Shown here: positions 11,561-24,700 of the stretch, piece after piece
Layout: the number at the start of each line of letters is the position of its first letter
How positions within the stretch are numbered: the stretch's first letter is position 1
Source: Trichodelitschia bisporula
Taxonomy: Eukaryota
Length of the DNA stretch: 64,000 nucleotides
Assembly (NCBI GenBank): GCA_010356995.1
Contig: ML996694.1
Coordinates: 619,224 to 683,223 of the forward strand
Direction of reading: 5' to 3'
Program-made: the position numbers and the translations under genes
Notes under the pieces: model-generated
What the model saw: the letters and a program-made list of their open reading frames with translations, nothing else
Databases searched by the model: none
Told to the model about the DNA's origin: nothing

Positions 11561-13282
11561 CTACCCTAACCTCACCTTCCTCCACATTCTCAAGCACTCC
11601 TGCAAGTCTCCCACGATGCTTCCACTCTCGCCGCCCGACGTCTCGCGTATTAGAGCCATAACACACGAAGCGTACGCGAACGTCAACTGCTCCCTCTTCA
11701 GCATCTCAACATGGCCCTTCGTCATCCCTCCATCCGCCCAATTCCGCCACGTCTCCAGCATATCCGCAACCGCACGCGCCATCTCCGCCTCCGCCATCAT
11801 CCCCCAAAGCACACCCTCCACAACCACCGCCACCGTCGCTTCAGGCTGTACATAGCCCTTCTCAACCAACCACCTCACATTCGCATCCGCCACAACCCCA
11901 ACCCCCAACCGCTGACTCCCCAGCGCCTCCTTAATCTCCCTCTCAGCCTTCTGCTCCTCCCTCAAGCGTCTCCTCCCCATCTCCGCCATCATCTCATGAT
12001 TCTCCTCCAAAAACCGCGCCTGCCTCGCCTTCGCCGCCTCAGCAGGCGGCAATCGTCCCTCCTCCATCATGCGCCGCATCCGCGCCTGCGCCTTTACCGC
12101 CCTTTCATGCACCTCGAGCCTATCATCGAACGGCGCGCGCCACACCGGCACTGCGTCCTCGGCGAGCGCGCTGAGCAGCACCAGCACGCCGCAGGGCACC
12201 ACCTCGCGCTGCGCGAGTGTGTGGATTGCGGAGGGGATGGCGTAGCTCCAGAGTCCGTTTGTGGGGGCGCCGAGGGCGGTGGCGCCGCAGGCGAACCAGG
12301 TTGCTACGAGGTTGGTGTCGTTGGTGGAGGGGAGCAGGTGGGGGAAGCGCAGGGGTTGGTGGGTCAGGCCATGTGAGGCGTGGGAGAGGCCGAAGGGGCC
12401 GAGGCGGAGGCGGATGGTGTGGGCGCCGGCGAGGGTGGTTGGGGTGAGGGCGGTTTGGGCGGAGAGGTGAGACTGGCGTTTGAGGGAGTGGAGGGAGATG
12501 GAGTCGGATTTGGAGTCGGAGGCTTGGGAATCGGGGATGGCGGACTCAGGTTCGGCTTCAGATGCTGGGATCTCGGGCTCGGAGGGCTTAGCGTCTTCCG
12601 AGTCGAGAGTCAAATCGGTTGGCGCGCTGGGCGTCGGAGTGGTCGGCTCGTGGAGTTCCATCCAGTACGGAGGGAGGTCACGTACGCTACGCCGATCCCA
12701 GCCTGGCTCCCAATATAGCGTTAGCGAGAGGATGCCATCGGAGTCATCACTAGCCGACACACTCAACACGGCCTCCGCCGAGCACGGACTAACAAGTAGC
12801 TTTGTCCCTACCGGCGTCCAGAGGCCGGAGCCCCGGAGATCGGAGAAACCGTCCGGGGCAATCACAGCCCCACGATCCAGGAGAAAAGCGAGCAAAGCCG
12901 CAAATTCGATTTCGGCCTGTGGTTGGTGGAGCTCGTCGTGGTACTGCAGACGATAGCCCTTAGTGCCGATTGAGAGCTCGCGCCAGTTGAAGACGGTCCA
13001 AGAGCCGCCCTTCAGCGTAGAAGGGGCGGGCGAGAGCTCGAAGTACGGCGCGTCATAGCGGTCCAGTGGGGCGATGCTTTTGCGCGGGATTTCGATCTCG
13101 ATTATGCCGGAGAGGAGGCTGCTGCGCGTGATGGAGGCGACGCCGTTGCGGTCCAGGGTGCGGCGGATGTCCCGTAGGGTCAGGAGGGATTTGAGGCAGG
13201 TATAGAGGGTGGGGAGCACGCCGAGGACGGCAAGCGGGACGCCGATATAGGTTATTATGTCGACGGCGGAGGCGGAGGCCAT
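11561..13282 (-). CDS. Fungal protein of unknown function, 573 aa, single exon, N-terminal hydrophobic segment
   Basis: Long ATG-initiated ORF with a good start context (AACATGG), N-terminal IITYIGVPLAVLGVLP and a central low-complexity linker. Family not recognised. Confidence 0.8.
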   Translation of the reverse strand: MASASAVDIITYIGVPLAVLGVLPTLYTCLKSLLTLRDIRRTLDRNGVASITRSSLLSGIIEIEIPRKSIAPLDRYDAPYFELSPAPSTLKGGSWTVFNWRELSIGTKGYRLQYHDELHQPQAEIEFAALLAFLLDRGAVIAPDGFSDLRGSGLWTPVGTKLLVSPCSAEAVLSVSASDDSDGILSLTLYWEPGWDRRSVRDLPPYWMELHEPTTPTPSAPTDLTLDSEDAKPSEPEIPASEAEPESAIPDSQASDSKSDSISLHSLKRQSHLSAQTALTPTTLAGAHTIRLRLGPFGLSHASHGLTHQPLRFPHLLPSTNDTNLVATWFACGATALGAPTNGLWSYAIPSAIHTLAQREVVPCGVLVLLSALAEDAVPVWRAPFDDRLEVHERAVKAQARMRRMMEEGRLPPAEAAKARQARFLEENHEMMAEMGRRRLREEQKAEREIKEALGSQRLGVGVVADANVRWLVEKGYVQPEATVAVVVEGVLWGMMAEAEMARAVADMLETWRNWADGGMTKGHVEMLKREQLTFAYASCVMALIRETSGGESGSIVGDLQECLRMWRKVRLG

Positions 13283-14148
13283 GTTGGCGGCTGTTGGTGC
13301 CCGAAGAGGCGAGATGACCAGAACTCCCAGAATTGATAGACTGATGAAAGGACAGGAAATAATATCTTCTCCTATACGAGTATATGGCAGAAACGAATGA
13401 CTTCGAGTCTACATCCGTACATCCGTAAGAATGTGACGATCCTTCACTAGTTCATGTTGAGCAGACCACAACGGATACTGGCCGTTTACAATCAGCAAAA
13501 TCCTGGTGATGATTGAAGCGACCGACCTCGCTCACGAGATACTGATGCTGACGCTCCGTTGGGCTTCTCCAGGCGGAAACATCAAAGCCCGCTGGATTCA
13601 AAATCGATGTCGAGACAGAGATGGTGACTTCGTAGACATCCTGTAGCACGTGTAGGTTGTCCAGCCTGCAGCCACAGGGGGGTGGCTTATCAGCCTGCTC
13701 GTGGCGTCGCTCCTGCAAAGTCCCAATAATATCGCATAACGAAAGGTTAACCAACAAAACTTCAGACAGAAAGGCTTCCTCCCGCAACACCTCTTCGAAA
13801 GCCGTAGACAGCCGTGACAGCCTAGAGTTCAGATGATGGACGCAAGTCTTCCATCGTATCGAACTCGAGTCTCTTACGGAGTAATACCATCCGTACGCAG
13901 TCCGACAGACCCGTCCAGCCTTCGCGGCAAGCATCCACCGCCCTCTCCGCGCCTCCCACCCACGAATCTGTGTTTGCCTCACTCAGCGCGGCTGCAGCTA
14001 ACCGGGTACATGGCGGGAAGCGGAGCAAAAGTAAACAGTAGAACTAGTTCTAGTCGGCCAAAACAAATGCACCTAACATAAACAGCCTGTATTGTGCTCT
14101 TGGGGGCACCTCGTTTGATCCATCTCGCTTTTTGCTTCGTACATCGTC

Positions 14149-15923
14149 ATGGCCTCTCAGAAGATCAAGCTTCTGGGTTTCGGCCTTCCGCTCTGTCCCC
14201 AATCTTATTCCTATCGAGACCGCCCTTCCATTCCCACAGACATGTTGAAATGGGAAGATGCTCCACTAGTGACTCTGCATGAGCGGAAAATGCTTAAAAT
14301 CATCGAAAGATTCACGAACGAGCCGGAGTGGCGGGCAAAGGTTTTTGACGAGACCGCTGTCGCACAGTGGAAGACCGTCACCCTTGCTCGCAAAGCCTTT
14401 CGAAATATCTCCGACAAAGCGTTTGACTTCGTCAGTATTCTCATTTATATTCATGCCTTCTTTGGCGTTCCTAGTGCATCGCTGAGCTCTGCGACAAGGC
14501 CGGCAAAAACGTCGACATTGACTCGGTCGCCGTCTTGGACACAGAACTCGCCGTCATTAAATCTGACGATCTGATCTCAGAAGAGCTGCGCCAGGAGCTG
14601 ATTGAGGGCGTAAAGGTCCTCGAGAACGTACCTGAGTAACTCAAGGACTGGCGCCCGAAGGCCAACAACAATGGGAGAATGCACTGGCAGTACGAGGAGT
14701 GGCGTCCGAGTCCCAGCAATATGGTCTTAGACCTTGTAGACCCATCACTGTATTCGCTGATGTATGGCCGCTCGCGTGTTCTCCCGAACAAAACCATCTC
14801 GGTGGAGAACTGCCTCCAGCACTGTGGCAAGGGTGGCATTATTCGCGCCCCTCCATACTCAGGTTCGGGAGGTAATAGACACTGGTCCAGAAAGTTCCAA
14901 TGGCTGCCGTCAGAAGTCGGCTTTACGGATGACGGAGTCAAGGTTCTCAGTTACATCAACAACTTGCACCCCAAGACACATGCAAATCTCTACACCGTTG
15001 CCGAGAAGTACATTGCAAAGGCGGTGCCAATTTGGAACCAGGTGCTGTCGAACTTTGGCCTTGCCGATCATGGGCGCTCCTTACGCATCTATCCGAGATC
15101 CTTCTCCGGACGGCGGCCGGAGCCGATGGAGTACTCCGAATGGATGCCTGTCAACCTCACATCAATGAATCTTCGCGAAAAGTTCCCTCAAGGTCTCCAG
15201 GTCATCGTCCAGTTGGTCAACATCCACCTTACCCCTGAGAACCCGCGGTATGAAGGCGGTCAAAATCGCGTCGAGGGTATGCTCAACGAGCACATCTGCT
15301 CCACGCTCCTTTACGACTATGACTGCGAGAACATCACCGCCAGCTATCTCGAATTTTACCAGATGATTAGCCACGATGCCCTGGAGGAGGTGATAGAAAA
15401 CATGTGCGACAGCAAGTGTACGTCGAGGTTGTACGACGTACATCATGATGAGCCTCCGCTGTAGCAAATGGGTCCCATACTCACGCGCCAGGGCCGTGCC
15501 ATCGGTTTTCCCAATGTCCAACAACATCGCATAACGCCCTTCAAGCTCGCTGGTCGGACCAAGCCGGGGCACCGCAAGATTCTGGCTCTGTTCCTCGTCG
15601 ACCCCAGCCAGCGTGTCCTGTCGACGGCGAACGTGCCACCGCAGCAGCGGGACTGGTGGGCTCAGGCCGTGAGGATGGAGAGAACGGGGAAGCTGTCGCA
15701 GTTGCCAGCAGAGCTGTTCAATAATGTCATGGAAAATGTTGATTTTCCCAGTTCGCTGACTGAAGCGAAGACCCAACGGGAAGAATCCAGGACGGAGCGG
15801 AAAGGCCACGAGCGCAGTGTCGATAGTAGGCTCACCTTCTCCGCTAAGAATTCGAGACCACCCGCCCGGTACTTTCCTGAAGCTGCCCAAGAAAGTATGT
15901 CGTTCCTAACTGAGGTAAACTAG
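14149..15923 (+). pseudogene. DUF4246-family pseudogene (in-frame stops at 14637 and 15462); intron 14431-14474
   Basis: Family motifs LENVPE*LKDW, VLDLVDPSLYSLMYGRS, SRKFQWLPSEV, SYINNLHP, LQVIVQLVNIHLTPENP.YEGG, FPNVQQHRITPF.L...KPGHRKILALFLVDP, STANVPPQQRDWW are interrupted by TAA and TAG. Confidence 0.8.
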
Positions 15924-16644
15924 GCTACGAGGCCGTCTGCCATGGTAGCAAACCAAACCTCCGGCAACCTAGAAAGTGCTGGCAAACAGGTGTGGTTAAG
16001 TATCGAGATAGCCTCTAGGAGTGACTTACGAAGCGCAATATCATGAAGTTTCAACACTTCTACACGGCCTGAAATGATGCCTTTGCGCGATACATAGAGG
16101 GTTGAGCGACTTCACTGAATTGCTGGTTCTTCGTAAATGGCCCGACCCCATGCCTTCTCCACAAAGGGGTGGATGCTTCGTTTCGGCACGCCTTGCCTTC
16201 CACTTTTGTTTGCCAAGCCTCGCCAACCCCAACCAACCGTTAGGGAGGCTCCCGCTGCCAGGCACACCCAACGACAACCTCACAGCTTCATGGATCAACA
16301 CTTTCTGCCAACTGCTTCAAAGGTCTTTTGCTAGACTATCCCCCCGGGTCATGCTGCTCATATACGCATATGGTAGAAGGAACGTACTTGATCAGTTTTT
16401 GACCCACCAGGGACAGAAGTAAGTCAGTTGAACAGTTGAAAAATGCCAAGACCTAGGCTGATAGCTTCACTCTACGGTAGCTTTGGTTCGACTACCGGCA
16501 TACACAGTATAAGGCGGCTTGCCTCTCAACAGGAGCTTTTGTGAGCCCTACGGCCAAATAGCTGTATATACTTTATACAGTACTTTGGTGCACTCTGCCC
16601 CTATCATCCTTAGAGTCAAGGAAACCTTCGCCGTTTCCGCCGAC

Positions 16645-17526
16645 ATGGCCGATCCTTTTGCAATCCGCCTCAATTTCAAGAAGCAATGCCTGGAGAAGCT
16701 CACCTCCAGCTTCTCCTCTCAGAGCCGTGCCGTCGCGTACGCGCTTCGGTCTCGAGAGCATGCCGAGGATCTCCATCAGTGCATTTTAGAGCAGATGGAT
16801 GAGGTTAGGCCTTTCGCACTCGGCGACGCTTCCCAACTAATATGCTAAGGGCTCTATCAACCTCCGCGCCAATCTCGTGTACTTCTGGGAGCTCCTCTGT
16901 GAGGAAGCCAAGCGCGATGACGTCCCGCAGTACGCTACGTACTTGAATCGCGACGCCATGATCGTCTGCGAGCGCGCGGTGCCAAACAACGACATTGCCG
17001 CAGTCAATATAACTCCGCTGCGCGAGGTAAGTGCCATTTCTATCGAAGTGCTCTCTAACATACTGCAGGTCTTCACCAGACTGGCTAAGAAAAATATCAT
17101 CTCCCGGTCTCGCCTCTCTCAAATTAACGCATATATCCGCGAGCGCGAGGCTCTATCGCGCATCGAAACTGTACGCTCTGTCGACACCATGACTACGCCA
17201 CAGCGCGCCCCGTCCGCCGGCTTCGATCTGACTGAGGATCCGGCCAACCAACCCGATGGCATCACGGCCATGTCCGACCGCGAGATCGAGCAGAGGATGG
17301 AGGAAGACCGCGATCGGCAGCGACGGCTGCGCGAGGCCTGGGCAATCAACCCCGAGACTGAGCTTCGGGACATCGTAGGTTATGAGCTCAAATTTCAGGA
17401 GAAGTTCATTAACCACTTTCATAGCCCATTAAGAAGAAATACGACCCCGCTATATCTTCGGATAGGCAAGCGTATGATGCGGCGCATGCAGCGCACTTTG
17501 CTAAAGCGACGCACAAGCGTGCTTAG
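16645..17526 (+). CDS. CTK3: CTD kinase subunit gamma (Ctk3); introns ~16804-16849, 17026-17068, 17375-17423
   Basis: MADPF..R..F....L..L..S..S...A..YAL..R...EDLHQCILEQM, N.RANL.YF.E.LC and C-terminal IEQRMEEDRDRQRRLRE. The last exon and stop position are less certain. Confidence 0.8.
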
Positions 17527-17849
17527 ACAGGATTGTGGATTGGCGTTTGGCGAGACATGGAAGAGGCAATTCAATGGATACGAAGTGGATTTCAGTGGAT
17601 ACCACGTGGCGAAGTGGCGTTGGGTCTATGGTTTAGAACTAGGTGGTAGGCGTCTCAACAACCTTGCTGGAGGTACCCTTGCGCAACACGTCTGAATACA
17701 TCGTTTTGGCATTTACCTCTCGAGAATTGCCCATAGTGGTCCCATGATGCGTGACCATGTCCATTAGATCCCCAAACTCCGGTTATGCTTACAAGGTGCC
17801 CTCGTAGAATACATCAAGACGCCTATGCCGAGCTCGTCAGATGCAGCGC

Positions 17850-18451
17850 CTATTCCATGGTGACAACGGCTCCGAGCGCTTTGAGCGTCTCGACGATCTT
17901 CTCGCACTCCTCCTTGGGCACCGCCTCCTTCATGATCTTCGGCGCGCTCTCCACAAACTTCTTGCTGTCCACCAAGCTCAGCCCCAGCATGCTCTTGATC
18001 TCCTTGATCACCTTGGGCTTCGCTCCGGCGTCGAAAGATTGAAGCTTCAGGTTGAACAGCGTCTTCTCTTGTACCACAGGCGCCGCCTCCTCCTCCTCGA
18101 CCGGCGCGGGTGCAGCCGCCTGCGCGGGGCCTGCAGCCATGAATCCTCCCATGGGCATGTCAGGAAGGTTTAATCGTGACTAGGAGTAGAAGGGTCAGCG
18201 ATGCTGCAATTGCGATTGCACCCAAACCTGCGGGGCCGCAGTACCTTGAGAAGCTTGATCAAGTCAGCCGTCTCCAGCAGCGTCAGCTTCCCAATCTCGT
18301 CCACAATGCCCTCGATCTTGGGATTCGCGGCCACGGCGGCCTCGGTGCTCTGCCAGCGCCGCTGCCGGACGAAGCTTGTGGTGCATTGGGGGGTGCGCGC
18401 GACGGCAGCGCGGGCAGCGTGGGTGCAGCACCTTAGAGCGGTTCGGGACAT
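17850..18451 (-). CDS. MNP1: Mitochondrial ribosomal protein bL12m (L7/L12); intron 18244-18180
   Basis: Presequence, NPKIEGIVDEIGKLTLLETADLIKLLK|SRLNLPD, EKTLFNLKL.SFDA..KPKVIKEIK.MLGLSLVDSKKFVESAP. Confidence 0.93.
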
Positions 18452-18726
18452 AGCTGTGTGTGTGCGAGTGCGGTGGTGGGGGTGGAGTACGGAGGTACGG
18501 GTCGTCTGCGGTCGCCTCAAGACTGGCGGCCGAAATTCTGAGCCCGAAATTCTCCAGACGCATGGACCTCTTGGCGTGAGGTGCAAGTTCGGTGGCCGGC
18601 GAAACCTCCGAGTTGACGTTGCAGGGGTCTCATGAAATTTCCTGAGGCTGTGGATTTGCGACAACTTTTCTTGAAGTCAAGCGCTCGACGACGAGCCTTT
18701 GTGTTTTCACGCCCTAAAACTCAGAT

Positions 18727-21700
18727 ATGGAGTGTTCGCATGATCTCTCACTGCTACTAAGCTGTGTTCCCGATTTACCTGTTGAACTCGTCGAAATAAT
18801 CCGTCATGGATCAAACGAAGCATTCCTCACAGCTCTCTCTACCGCCACTCTGCTACCGCAGTACACCGACCTTCTCTTCCCGTATCTCAAACCCATATTC
18901 CCCGAAATATGCTCACGATGGATGTCCAATCCAAACGGCGCTCAGGTTCTTGCGGCGTTTGGACGAATAATACCATTTGCGCCGTACCTCGCTGAGTACG
19001 CAGAACGATACTTTGAGGTTACGCTCAACGATGCGATCGACCTCACGAACATATCAGATGTTGGCCCGAGCGAGGAGCGGTTACTGGGCCTCTTCAGAAT
19101 GCTTGCGTGCGAGTCGCAAAGCTTTGCGCGCCGCCTCGATCTCGGGCGCATATATGAGAACCTTCAGCACAAGTCGGGGTCGGTGCAGTACCTCTCGATC
19201 CGAATAATATGTATTCTTCTGGGCGCTGCCGACTGTGCGATGGAGGAGATGGTGTACAAATACCTGGGCAACACGGAAATCACAGGCGCAAGAGACGGAA
19301 TGGTCATCGACTACCGATTCCTCAGTCTGTGGGAAGAAGAGCGGTTCAAGGCCATGACGAAGAAGCTCCGTTCGGTGGACGAGATGAGGCAGACAGAAAT
19401 CGAACTGTTGTGCAGAAGAGTCTTGCGCCCGGTTGATCTCTCGCCACTCTCCGTGGATGTTTTTGGCGTACTCATGCCTCGCCTCGTTGACACGCCGTCG
19501 GAAACCCACCGCGTCGACAGCCTTGTTCCTACCCATACGGCAGTAGAGAATGTCCGTAACCTGGCTCAGAATCTTCTCAAGTCAGATGCGCTGCTGTTGA
19601 CTGGACTGGCCGGTGCCGGGAAGACGGCCATCATCACATATCTCGCAAAACAACTGAACAAGCTGGACTCCATGGTCACGCTCCACTTGAACCAGCAAAG
19701 TGATGCGAAGCTCTTAGTTGGCATCTACACCTCCGGCACAACACCAGGAACTTTTGTCTGGCGGCCAGGAGCACTTACCACGGCCGTTCGTGAGGGCCGC
19801 TGGGTATTCATTGAGGATCTAGACCGGGCACCAAACGAAGTCATGAGCACGCTGCTGCCACTAATTGAACGGGGGGAGCTGTTGATTCCGGGCCGAGGCG
19901 AGGTTTTAAAGGCCGCCCGCGGCTTCAAGATCATCGCTACAATGCGGACCACCTCGAACCTGCGCGGGCAGGAGCAGCTTGTTAGAGCACACAATATCGG
20001 CACGCGTTTCTGGCAACGTGTCTCGGTGGCCATGCTGCCGGATGAGGAACTTGGACATATTGTAAGGGAAACCTATCCTGTACTGAAGGCTCACGCGCCG
20101 CAAGTCATCCGTGTCTACTCGCAGATACAGGCACTGTTGAAGGGGTCTGGATTTTCCGCGGAAGTCAAGACGGGCGCGGCGCGCGCTTTAACGCCGAGAG
20201 ATCTGTTTAAGTGGTGTGGACGGATGGCGTCGTTTCTTTCGAATGCCAAAGACTTTACGGACGGCGACGTGGATGACATGTTCCTCGAGGCGATTGACTG
20301 CTTTGCTGGGCATCTCCCCGTTGGGCGCGCTCTGGAGATCATTGCTTCTTGCATTGCCCAGGAGCTACGCATTGACCCGATGAGGAGGGACCACCTGCTT
20401 CAAAATCGGGAGGTTAGCTTCCAACCTTCGAAGGATGGCTCTGGATCTATTGTCGTTGGCCGAGTTCGACTTCAGCGCAAGGGAGGCAGCCGACCGAAGA
20501 GACAAGAACGAGCGCCCTTTGCGAGGAATCACCACACACTTCAGCTGCTCGAGAAGCTTGCAGTTGGGGTGAAGCAGCAGGAACCTCTACTGCTGGTTGG
20601 CGAGACTGGCATTGGAAAAACCACCTGCATTCAGCATCTAGCTGAGCGCCTTGGCCGGAAGATGGTCGCGTTCAACTTGTCGCAGCAAAGCGAGAGCAGC
20701 GATCTGCTCGGTGGGTTTAAGCCAGTCAACGTCCGAAGCCTGATCATGCCTCTGAAGGATGAGTTCGATGACTTGTTCCGCGCAACCTTCTCGAACAAAG
20801 ACAACCGGCAGTTTTCGGACATGCTAGGCAAATGTCTCGCTAGAGCCCAGTGGAAACGTGTCTGCAAGCTGTGGGCTAGTGCGATCGCTGAGGTTGAGCG
20901 CAAGTTCCGGTCCAGCACTCCTTCATCACCTCGCGCCTCGGAGAGCCATCATCCTCGAAAGCGCCAGAAGGTCGATTCGAATGGGGAGACTGTGAGCTCC
21001 AAGCTTTCGCCTGAGCTCCATCAGCGATGGGAAAAGTTCTCTGCCGATATCAAGAGAATTGAGGCGCAGCTGATGAGCAAATCAGACGCCCTGGCCTTTA
21101 CCTTCATCGAGGGTAACATCGTCAAAGCGGTTCGGAATGGTGACTGGGTGCTTCTCGATGAAATCAACCTTGCAACTCCGGACACCCTCGAAGCGCTTGT
21201 CGACCTTCTGGGAGGAAGTCTCGGCGATGCCCCGTCAATTTTGCTCACTGAGAGTGGCAAGATTGAACGAGTGGTTGCACATCCAGACTTCCGCCTCTTC
21301 GCTGCGATGAACCCTGCAACAGACGTGGCGAAGCGTGATCTCCCTCCAGGAATTCGCTCGCGCTTCACGGAAATCTATGTGGATAGCCCGGACCGAGACC
21401 CGCGGAGTTTGCAGAGCATCGTCGAGAGCTATCTTGACAAGAACAGCTTGGATCGGGTCTTAGTCTCTGATGTCACAGAGCTCTACATGCAGATCCAGAA
21501 GATGGCGGCTTCGAACGTTCTTGCTGATGGTGCAGGGCAGAAGCCGCATTTCAGCTTGCGTACGCTCACGCGTACGCTGGTATATGCACGGGACGTAGTC
21601 TCGCTCGGTGGTCCGACTGCGAAAGATCGGTTCTACCGCCGGGCTCTGTTTGAGGGCTTCAGTATGAGCTTCTTGACGCTGCTTGACAACGCGTCAGAGA

Positions 21701-24700
21701 AGTTGCTGGCGCCGGTTATCAAGAAGCACTTGTTCGGCAAGCACCCGAACATCGAAGCTGATCTACGCAAGCTGCTCCCGAAGCCGAATGATGGAAATGA
21801 GTACGTCCAGGAGCACCACTACTGGATTCGAAAAGGGGAGTTCGTGCCGGAAGACCAGCCTTACTACATCATTACTCCGTTTGTTCAACGGAACCTCGAT
21901 AACCTCATTCGCGCTGCGTCGACGAGGAGATACCCCATCTTGATACAAGGCCCGACCTCTTCCGGTAAAACAAGCATGATCGAGTACCTCGCGAAAAGGT
22001 CAGGGAACAAGTTCGTTCGTATTAACAATCACGAGCACACCGATCTCCAGGAGTACCTGGGCGCATATGTGTCGGATTCAGACGGCAAACTCCGTTTCCA
22101 GGAGGGTATTCTCGTAGAGGCGTTGCGCAAAGGATACTGGATCGTGCTCGACGAGCTCAATCTCGCACCGTCTGATATTCTGGAAGCCTTGAATCGTCTA
22201 CTTGATGACAATCGCGAACTCTTCATTCCCGAGACCCAGGAGACTGTCCGGCCTCACGACAACTTCATGCTATTCGCAACGCAGAATCCCGCTGGACTGT
22301 ATGGCGGGCGGAAGCATCTCTCAAGGGCCTTCCGAAACCGATTTCTCGAGCTGCATTTCGACGATATTCCCGTGGACGAGCTTTGCGAGATTTTGCACCA
22401 GCGGACGCAAATTCCCAATTCCTGGAGTAGACGCATTGTGGATGTCTACAAGGAACTCTCCAGCATGCGGCAGGAAAGTCGGCTATTTGAGCAGAAGAGC
22501 TTTGCAACGCTGCGTGACCTCTTCCGGTGGGCCCTGAGAAAGGCGGATACAATCGATCAACTCGCCGTCAATGGCTACATGCTCTTAGCCGAGCGAGTCC
22601 GCAAGCCGGAGGAAGTGGAAAAGGTCAGGAAGATAATTGAGCAGGTGATGAGCAGAAACGGGCCCCGGGTAACCATCGGCCAAGACTTGATTTACTCCAG
22701 CGCCACTTGCCCCGAGATGAACATGTATGAAAGCCATGGTAACTCTGCAGGCGTCATCTGGACCAAGTCCATGCGTCGGCTCTTCGTACTCGTTGCCCAC
22801 GCACTCCGTAACAACGAACCGGTTCTCCTGGTCGGCGAGACAGGGTGCGGCAAAACGACAGTATGCCAAATGCTTGCCGATGCCTTTGGGAAGGAGCTTA
22901 TGGTTGTCAATGCTCATCAGAATACCGAGACGGGAGACCTGATCGGCTCTCAACGGCCTATCCGAAACCGTGCTGCAATCGAACTGCAACTTCGCGAGCA
23001 GCTCATCTCTGTTCTTACCTCTCTTGGTGGACAAGATCTTGAAGGGCAGGACAATAAGGCGCTGCTACAGGCGTATATCGGCATTAAGCCCAAGGCTGCC
23101 GTAAGCATTCCTTCCAATGTTCGCCAGACGATCAAGACGCTCCGGAATAAGGCCGCCGCACTGTTCGAATGGACCGACGGCAGCCTCGTCCACGCAATGA
23201 AAACCGGACAGTACTTCTTACTGGACGAAATATCCCTTGCCGACGACTCCGTCCTTGAGCGGTTGAACAGTGTGCTCGAACCTGGTAGGACCCTTCTTCT
23301 TGCAGAGAAAGGCCCTATAGATTCAGCCATTACGGCTGGGGAAGGATTCCAATTTCTCGCGACCATGAACCCCGGAGGCGATTACGGCAAACGCGAGCTT
23401 TCTCCAGCTTTGCGCAACCGCTTTACCGAAATCTGGGTCCCTTCGCTATACGACATTGAGGACATCACCCAAATCGTGCGCGGCAAGCTGCAAGGCCCGA
23501 CAGTCGAGTATACGGACGCAATGGTTGCGTTTGCGAGCTGGTTTAGCCATACATACAACACTTCCGCAGCGTCCGCCATCTCCATTCGCGATGCATTAGC
23601 TTGGGTCGCATTCGTCAACCGCTTTGCTTCCATCGATCCGGCGCTCGCAGTGCTTCACGGCGCGGCGATGGTATACATTGACACTCTCGGGGCGAATCCG
23701 GCAGCTATGCTTTCCATCAGCTCGTCATCGATTCTCGGAGAGCGCCAGAATTGCGTGGCGAAACTCAGCGAGCTTCTAGCGGTCGATGTTGCTGTTCAGT
23801 ACTTTGCGCCGGTTGACCTCCGCATCACAGAGGCCGAATTTGAAATTGGCCCCTTTTCACTTCCGCGGGAAGATGCCATGGACGAGAACATTGAGTTTAC
23901 ATTTGAGCCGCCGACTACGAGGGGAAACGCTATGCGTGTATTCCGCGCGCTGCAACTCAACAAACCGATTCTTATCGAAGGCAACCCAGGTGTTGGGAAG
24001 ACTACTCTTGTTTCGGCCATCTCCAAGGCGCTTGGGAAGCGGCTCGTCCGCATCAACTTGTCTGATCAGACCGATCTCATGGATCTCTTTGGATCGGATG
24101 TTCCTGTCGAAGGTGCAGCTGCTGGTACCTTTACGTGGAGAGACGCGCCCTTCCTCTCGGCCATGAAGAATGGCGACTGGGTACTACTCGACGAGATGAA
24201 TCTCGCATCGCAATCAGTGCTCGAAGGTCTCAACGCTTGTCTGGATCACCGTGCCGAAGCCTATGTTGCCGAACTCGATCAGACCTTCAAGCGCCATCCT
24301 GACTTCCGGCTCTTCGCTGCGCAGAATCCGCATCATCAGGGCGGCGGACGCAAAGGCTTGCCCGCATCATTTGTGAATCGGTTTACGGTCGTGTATGCTG
24401 ATGTATTCAGGCCAGAGGACATGATGATCATCTGCAAGAGCATATTTCCGTCAGTACCTGAGGACCAGTTGGCCACTTTGATCAAGTTTGTCGCCCAGAT
24501 TGACACGGATACCGTCTATTCTCGGAAGTTCGGCGCCCAAGGCAGTCCGTGGGAGTTTAATCTTCGCGATACCATCCGCTGGCTACAACTGGCAACGAGT
24601 AGTAAGGGTTTAGTCAAAGCGGCGACGCCTTATGATCTTTGCGACATCATTTTCCGTCAGCGTTTCCGGAGCACCTCTGACAAAATTGCTGTTGACGCGC

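Noticed and set aside
13452..14081. Short ORFs between the 573-aa gene and the DUF4246 pseudogene
   Set aside because: Mostly non-ATG starts, atypical composition, and no motifs or consistent splice pattern.
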